A stretch of DNA of 64,000 nt, taken from positions 1 through 64,000 of the forward strand of contig WJMJ01000101.1 of the NCBI GenBank assembly GCA_014728035.1. The letters run 5' to 3'. The stretch's first letter is position 1. Each line of letters starts with the position of its first letter. This stretch comes from Promethearchaeota archaeon. GTDB lineage: Archaea > Asgardarchaeota > Thorarchaeia > Thorarchaeales > Thorarchaeaceae. The notes beneath the pieces were generated by a model. That model was not told the DNA's origin. It ran no database searches and saw only the letters and a program-made list of their open reading frames with translations. Shown one piece after another: positions 58,363-64,000 of this stretch. A program made the translations under genes and the position numbers.

Positions 58363-59004
58363 ATGTCCGAGTCTAATGAAGTCATTGAAGAGCGCAAAGA
58401 TCTTACCGAGATTCCTGGCAATCCAGCATTTGATGGTCGTAGGAAATGGGATCTCATTATGTCAATGGAAGATCCAGAGGAGCTTGCAGAAACACTTCGC
58501 AATCTATTCACTGGTCCTGGTGCTGGTAAGTCTGCACAAAAACAGCTTGAAAACATTAGAGTGGTTATGGGTGATAGAGAACCACGTAGTGGTCAAGAAT
58601 CGTTTTATTTGAGTCAGGCACACAGATATGGTCCAGTAGTTGCTCTTCAGGACATATTTAAGAACTTTATTCTTGGGGCGATGGGTCTTGGTGGCGGGAT
58701 AATTCGTAGAGAAGACCTTGACAAAGAATATATGATGGTTGGCGAGGACACTGAGATAGAGATTGATGGTAAACGATTTTTATTGGAGAAGGGCGATAGG
58801 ATTGCCGTGACTTCTAAATCGGTGGTATCTGAAGAAGCCATGCGTTTGTATTTGGTGTCTGGTGGTGATTATGGTATGTTTGAACAACCAGTTGTTGTAT
58901 GCAATGAAGACGATCTGGATGATGCTATTGAGATGATGAGAACAAAAGTTGATTCGGTCACTGTGAATCCAATTGGCAATCCAGTATCAACGCGTGGTTA
59001 TTAA
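58363..59004 (+). CDS. Hypothetical protein
   Basis: AGGAG RBS. Confidence 0.7.
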   Translation: MSESNEVIEERKDLTEIPGNPAFDGRRKWDLIMSMEDPEELAETLRNLFTGPGAGKSAQKQLENIRVVMGDREPRSGQESFYLSQAHRYGPVVALQDIFKNFILGAMGLGGGIIRREDLDKEYMMVGEDTEIEIDGKRFLLEKGDRIAVTSKSVVSEEAMRLYLVSGGDYGMFEQPVVVCNEDDLDDAIEMMRTKVDSVTVNPIGNPVSTRGY

Positions 59005-59026
59005 ACACACAAATACGGAGAATAAG

Positions 59027-59359
59027 ATGAAAAAGTTGACTATGAATGAATTCGTAGTATCATCCGATTTTAAAGCCATTGTTGAAGGCGACACGATTCT
59101 GTTTGAACGTGGTGATATTGTTACATGTGGTAAAGGCAAGTCTCTTGATGCCGATGTAGAAGCAATATTGGGTGGGAATTCATACTTGCTTGAAGCCGGG
59201 GATAAAATTCAGCTGAAAGAATCAAAGAAAAAGCTAGTAAAAACTAAATCCCTGGGCAAAGATCAAGACCATGATGAATATGATGAAAAAGACAAGTACG
59301 ATGAAAAAGATGAATATGATGAAGATGAATATGATGAAGAAGATTATGACGAGGACTAG
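59027..59359 (+). CDS. Hypothetical protein with acidic DEYDE-repeat tail
   Basis: GGAG RBS before MKKLT. Confidence 0.65.
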   Translation: MKKLTMNEFVVSSDFKAIVEGDTILFERGDIVTCGKGKSLDADVEAILGGNSYLLEAGDKIQLKESKKKLVKTKSLGKDQDHDEYDEKDKYDEKDEYDEDEYDEEDYDED

Positions 59360-59399
59360 CAAGACATAGAATATATAATCAATTATTAGATGACGTATA

Positions 59400-60077
59400 G
59401 TGAAGAAGATAAGAACATGTGCTGATGCAGTTCTTATAGGTTCATCAGCTACACATTTTTGGTTCCCTGACTTCAGACTTAAAGATTATGATTTTTATGC
59501 ATACCCCAGTTTTATTGGCAGATTTTTAAAAACCAATCCTAGTGCTGCACTCATAAAACAGCACAAATCCATAAAATATTACGAGCTTAATGGACAGTCC
59601 ATAGATATCGTTTGTGATACTGGTGTCAATGGTATTGGTGAAATAGTAGATGCCAATTGTGGTTCAGCTATTATTGAATTATTTGGTCTTAAGGTGCTGG
59701 TAGCCAAACCAACAACATTGCTTCTTATAAAGAAGTTATATTCTTGTACGAATTCACGTTGGCATAAGAACTTATCTGATTATATGTTCTTAAAGGAAAA
59801 CGTAATGGAGGAACCTAGCCGCGATGAATTAGCGGCCATCACCAAAAGAACTGCATATATGTGTAATGTGTGGAGAGGTAAAAATAATCGTAGATTCACG
59901 CCAGAAGATGTAATCAATCGACTAGAACATAGTCAAGACAGAGTAGCAGATTTATATAAAATTGTAAAAGAAGCAGATTTTAATACAAATGAATGGATAC
60001 GTGACAATATTGATCGCTTGCGTGAAATTCCTCAGTATAATTCTACTAACACCACATTTACATCATTGGTGATGTAG
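59400..60077 (+). CDS. Putative nucleotidyltransferase-fold phage protein
   Basis: LIGS...DYD motif; RWHKNLSDYMFLK. Confidence 0.55.
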   Translation: MKKIRTCADAVLIGSSATHFWFPDFRLKDYDFYAYPSFIGRFLKTNPSAALIKQHKSIKYYELNGQSIDIVCDTGVNGIGEIVDANCGSAIIELFGLKVLVAKPTTLLLIKKLYSCTNSRWHKNLSDYMFLKENVMEEPSRDELAAITKRTAYMCNVWRGKNNRRFTPEDVINRLEHSQDRVADLYKIVKEADFNTNEWIRDNIDRLREIPQYNSTNTTFTSLVM

Positions 60078-60427
60078 ACATACTTGTCACGATCAATAAA
60101 TACGAATTGAAAAGGATAACCAAAAACATCTGGTATGTCGTGACCTCGCCAGTCTGGTAGAATCCATGCTGGCGAGAATGTTATATCAGACGCAATGTTG
60201 ATTCGTCGGGCTTTAATGCTGTCGGGTGGCGGGGCCATCTTCCTATTGAGTTCAATGCATGTAATGGTGTAATCCGATATTATATATTTAACGCCAAGTC
60301 TGTCTCGGAAACATATCTGATCATCCTCGAATAGATTTGGGAATGCGTTCTGTTCGTGTATGCGATATATTTCACAGTCTTCGAATGGTTTGTCTCCAGA
60401 TATGATCATTCTTTTAACTTTAACCAT
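60032..60427 (-). CDS. Hypothetical protein
   Basis: GAGGAG RBS. Confidence 0.55.
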   Translation of the reverse strand: MVKVKRMIISGDKPFEDCEIYRIHEQNAFPNLFEDDQICFRDRLGVKYIISDYTITCIELNRKMAPPPDSIKARRINIASDITFSPAWILPDWRGHDIPDVFGYPFQFVFIDRDKYVYITNDVNVVLVELY

Positions 60428-60656
60428 GATGGCTCCTCATGAATTTTATCACATATCGTTGTAGGGTTTGATTTTCATTATTTTGTCGTAATTTTTCAAT
60501 CATTTGGTCTTCGGATAAATTGGGGAATTTTACCAGATATCTCTTAGCCTTCGACAGCAGTCTTGCTGTGGGTGAATGCATATTTATCCTTAATCAGCAA
60601 GTATATTAATTACAACCATATATTATGTTTGATCACAAAAATAGTATGGAGATAAA

Positions 60657-60923
60657 ATGCCTGAATGGCCACGATCCAAGTCTGCCGATAATTTCATGAT
60701 GACTTCAAAGGTGGGTATGATGCAACCAGATGATCAAAATCCAGTACCCGAGCAAGACGTCATGCGCATAGCAGCAATGATGGATCAAGTGAATACAGGT
60801 CCATCTTCTACTGTACCAAAAGGCAGTGTGAACAAAGCAGATATAAAAATATCAAACAATCAACAGCACGATGGGCAGCGTGTTTTGTATGCTAAGCGTA
60901 AGGGGCGCTTCAATTGTATTTGA
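60657..60923 (+). CDS. Hypothetical protein
   Basis: GGAG RBS. Confidence 0.55.
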   Translation: MPEWPRSKSADNFMMTSKVGMMQPDDQNPVPEQDVMRIAAMMDQVNTGPSSTVPKGSVNKADIKISNNQQHDGQRVLYAKRKGRFNCI

Positions 60924-60929
60924 TCAAAC

Positions 60930-62099
60930 ATGATAGAAGAATTACGTAGTCAATTAAAGCGTTACGAAAACATCATTGAAAACCGCAAAATAAATCCGGT
61001 TGAAGAAAATCCTGAATCTCAGCGTATATGGCAGAACCGTATTTGTGACCGTATGGATGAGATCAGGGATAAAATCAAGTCACTAGAACAGAAACAAAAT
61101 CATACCCACAGCAACGCCAAGAAAATCATTTTGAAAAATGAACAATCTCCAGGTGATATTGTGATGTTAACTGCGGCGGTACGTGATCTGCATCTGAGCC
61201 ATCCTGGGAAATTTATTACGGACGTCCGCACCTTATTCCCAGATATTTGGTTGCACAATCCATATATAACGTCACTTAATGAAGAAGACGATGATGTGGA
61301 TGTTATAGATATGCAATATCCAATTATACATAATAGTAATGATGGGGCTTACCATTTTATACATGGTTTTAGCATGTTTCTGGAAGATCAACTTGGGATT
61401 AGAATTAAGGTGCATAAATTCCAAGGAGATATTTATTTAAGCGATGAAGAAAAATCCTGGGTCAGCATGGTCGAGGAACATTATACACACGAGGATACAC
61501 CGTTTTGGTTAATATGTACTGGTGGTAAGACTGACTATACTGCAAAATGGTGGATTGCAGAATATGCACAAGAGGTGGTGGATCATTTTGTTGGCAAGAT
61601 TCAATTTGTACAGTTTGGTGCGGAAGGAGAAGGACATTATCATCAACGTCTACATAATGTGATAGATTTGATAGGCAAAACTGATATTCGTATGTTTATG
61701 AGATTGATGTATCATGCGGATGGTGTAGTGTGCCCCGTGACTATGGCCATGCATCTAGCTGCAGCAATACCAACAAAACCAGGAAAGCCAAAAAACAGGG
61801 CATGTGTGGTGACAGCGGGTGGTAGGGAGCCAAGTAATTTTACATTTTACACAAATCATCAATATCTTCACACTAATGGCGCGTTGAAATGCTGTGATAA
61901 TGGGGGTTGTTGGAAAAGTAGGACTGATAGACTGGGCGATGGAGACCATAAAGACAACGAATTGTGCGTTGATACTGTGCAATTCAATGGTCGTAAGGTA
62001 CAGCGTTGTATGTACGAATGCGTGAAGCCAATAGATGTGATCAGAGCAATTGAGAAACATTATGATGGTGGGGCATTGAATTTTGGAATATCAACATAA
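60930..62099 (+). CDS. GT9 (ADP-heptose:LPS heptosyltransferase-like) glycosyltransferase
   Basis: PGDIVMLTAAVRDL, NPYI, AKWW, DLIGKT, TMAMHLAAA. Confidence 0.85.
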   Translation: MIEELRSQLKRYENIIENRKINPVEENPESQRIWQNRICDRMDEIRDKIKSLEQKQNHTHSNAKKIILKNEQSPGDIVMLTAAVRDLHLSHPGKFITDVRTLFPDIWLHNPYITSLNEEDDDVDVIDMQYPIIHNSNDGAYHFIHGFSMFLEDQLGIRIKVHKFQGDIYLSDEEKSWVSMVEEHYTHEDTPFWLICTGGKTDYTAKWWIAEYAQEVVDHFVGKIQFVQFGAEGEGHYHQRLHNVIDLIGKTDIRMFMRLMYHADGVVCPVTMAMHLAAAIPTKPGKPKNRACVVTAGGREPSNFTFYTNHQYLHTNGALKCCDNGGCWKSRTDRLGDGDHKDNELCVDTVQFNGRKVQRCMYECVKPIDVIRAIEKHYDGGALNFGIST

Positions 62100-63510
62100 A
62101 CTGGGCATCGTATTGCCTACTAATATACGAGGAATCAGAGATAAGATTCTGATTAAGGAATCTGGTAGGTTCGTATCACAATGTCAAAGTAAACTTAATG
62201 CGCTTGTGGCAGTATCAAATTGTGACGATGATATATTGGGATTCAAGGCAGATGTTCACATAAAATGTGATAAAGATGGTATTGTGAATCCAACTATCAG
62301 AATGATAGATAGATTGAAGAACAAATGTCAATATATAATGAGAGTCACACAAGACACAATTATCGATTTTGATGAATTCATAAAGACATTCGATGAGGTT
62401 GATGGCACTGATAATTTTATATGTGGTGGCAAGGCATCGCTTAACAACATACAGATGGAACGCACTAAAGGTAGGGCCAATGCATTAGGAATATCTATTT
62501 CTGATGGTAGAGATTACGTGCAGGGCAATGTCATGTTGGCACCTACACGTGTGTGGTTGGAATATTATTATCGTGTGGCTCAGGTGGTAAAACACTATGG
62601 TGATGATTCATTATTGTCTCGTATAGCTAATAAAAATGGCATTGAATTGCGATTTGTGGAAAAGTTCTGGCAACATAAGCACATAAAAGTAGATAGAGTC
62701 AATATTAAGAAACCATTAATAGCTAGTTTCCCGAGATCTGGAACGCACTTTTTAATAAATACTATTAAAGATAACTTCATAGACGTTGATAATGGGTGGG
62801 TAGATGTTGTCCATGGTGTTAAGCACAGGTGGGTTAAAGATGTCAAACCAGATGGTAGTAATTTGTCAGAAAAGATCAGGGAACAGTTGATCAAATATGG
62901 CGAATCGCCCGTGCGCAAACCTCTTAAGACACATTATCAGTTTTACTTCCTGGAGCGCCATTGGGATGTGATAAAAGAACTCTATGATGTGTTCTATATA
63001 ATTCGCGACCCAAGAGACGTAATGGCAGCATGCTTCAATTATTATAATAAAACTAATTTTGAGATTTTCATAAAAGAGAAGAATTTCTCTAAATTTTTGC
63101 GCCATGAGCTTTGGAATGCACATTCAGAGACACAACCATTTTCTTTTAGCCTCGTTAAACCTCGCAATATAGTTGACAAATGGAATAAGCACGTCCATAG
63201 CTGGATGACATTTGTAAATAGAGGCGTGACTTTGATTAAATTTGAGGACTTAAATCAAAATCCGACAAGAGTAATAAATCATATCGAGAATGAAACGAGT
63301 CAGAATAAAATAAATGACAAAATTAAAATAGTTGACATTAATGATAAAAGATATCGACCTGATTACGAGGGAGATAATCCGAGAGGTATTGGGTGCTGGA
63401 AGCATTATTTTAATTTAGATGACATTGACTGGTTGTATGGGGGAATCAATTTTGCACAGATATATACAAATACGACAGCCGAAAACCAAACAGCACACAA
63501 CATCCATTAA
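62083..63510 (+). CDS. GT-like domain fused to a sulfotransferase
   Basis: IASFPRSGTHF, LKTH, IRDPRDV, IKFEDL, RGIGCWK. Confidence 0.82.
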   Translation: MEYQHKLGIVLPTNIRGIRDKILIKESGRFVSQCQSKLNALVAVSNCDDDILGFKADVHIKCDKDGIVNPTIRMIDRLKNKCQYIMRVTQDTIIDFDEFIKTFDEVDGTDNFICGGKASLNNIQMERTKGRANALGISISDGRDYVQGNVMLAPTRVWLEYYYRVAQVVKHYGDDSLLSRIANKNGIELRFVEKFWQHKHIKVDRVNIKKPLIASFPRSGTHFLINTIKDNFIDVDNGWVDVVHGVKHRWVKDVKPDGSNLSEKIREQLIKYGESPVRKPLKTHYQFYFLERHWDVIKELYDVFYIIRDPRDVMAACFNYYNKTNFEIFIKEKNFSKFLRHELWNAHSETQPFSFSLVKPRNIVDKWNKHVHSWMTFVNRGVTLIKFEDLNQNPTRVINHIENETSQNKINDKIKIVDINDKRYRPDYEGDNPRGIGCWKHYFNLDDIDWLYGGINFAQIYTNTTAENQTAHNIH

Positions 63511-64000
63511 AAAGAAGCTACTCGTCAGAAAATCAAATAAAATTCCGGTTGTGATTCGTAGTCGAAATAGATGCGAATTTCTAGATGTTACATTAAGAAG
63601 TATGATTTCAACCGGAATTTATCCTGATTTGATTATTGATGATGTTAGTGACGATAAATTGACTAAACAATATTTGTTCACAGATCAAAAAATGCACATG
63701 AGAGTTAGATGGCCAACAGATGCCGAATGGATACAATACGTTGGAAAATTAAATAATACCTGGCACACAAAAGGTATCCGTTATTCTCATAAAGTAGTTC
63801 AGCCTACGAATCGCAAGGGTGTGTTGGGTGGTGTGTTTTGGTGTCTAACTTATGCATTCAATAAATTTAACGCAGATGCTGTTATATTGATAGAGTCTGA
63901 TGTACTGTTTTGCTATAAATGGTATGATACTTTAATACAAGAATACAATATAACACCGGATGCTGGCATTGTTGCTGGTTTTGTTTGCCAATCTGGATTC
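63437..64000 (+). CDS. GT2-like glycosyltransferase (partial, runs off the window)
   Basis: IPVVIRSRNR...IIDDVSDD...LIESDVLF. Confidence 0.7.
   Translation, partial: MGESILHRYIQIRQPKTKQHTTSIKKKLLVRKSNKIPVVIRSRNRCEFLDVTLRSMISTGIYPDLIIDDVSDDKLTKQYLFTDQKMHMRVRWPTDAEWIQYVGKLNNTWHTKGIRYSHKVVQPTNRKGVLGGVFWCLTYAFNKFNADAVILIESDVLFCYKWYDTLIQEYNITPDAGIVAGFVCQSGF

Noticed and set aside
1-64000. tRNA/rRNA genes, DGR or retron, cas genes
   Set aside because: No cloverleaf, reverse transcriptase or cas motif recognised by eye; tRNAscan and HMM searches are still needed

Overview
AT-rich 64 kb segment of a large T4-like (myovirus-type, probably jumbo) bacteriophage, likely infecting an anaerobe (inference from nrdD and a radical SAM gene). 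It carries a replication/recombination module (family-4 UDG, RecA, gp41-like helicase, short PolA-like protein, UvsY-like, gp32-like SSB, RNase H/flap nuclease, RuvC-like resolvase, UvsW) and a packaging module (terminase with two inteins, gp20-like portal). It has two sigma factors: a gp55-like one interrupted by an intein, and a sigma70-like one with a Cys-rich insertion behind three consensus promoters. It also has a class III RNR with a mini-intein and no glycyl-radical motif, and about 15 glycosyl-, sulfo- and methyltransferase genes. The most striking non-coding feature is three dispersed CRISPR-like mini-arrays (19354-19521, 19911-20162, 57653-58056) with no cas gene recognised in the window. 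Each is preceded by the same 78-bp triple-hairpin element, whose first loop is complementary to the last 8 nt of the 29-nt repeat. Two spacers look like translation-initiation regions of foreign genes. All calls come from reading motifs by eye; no database search was run.
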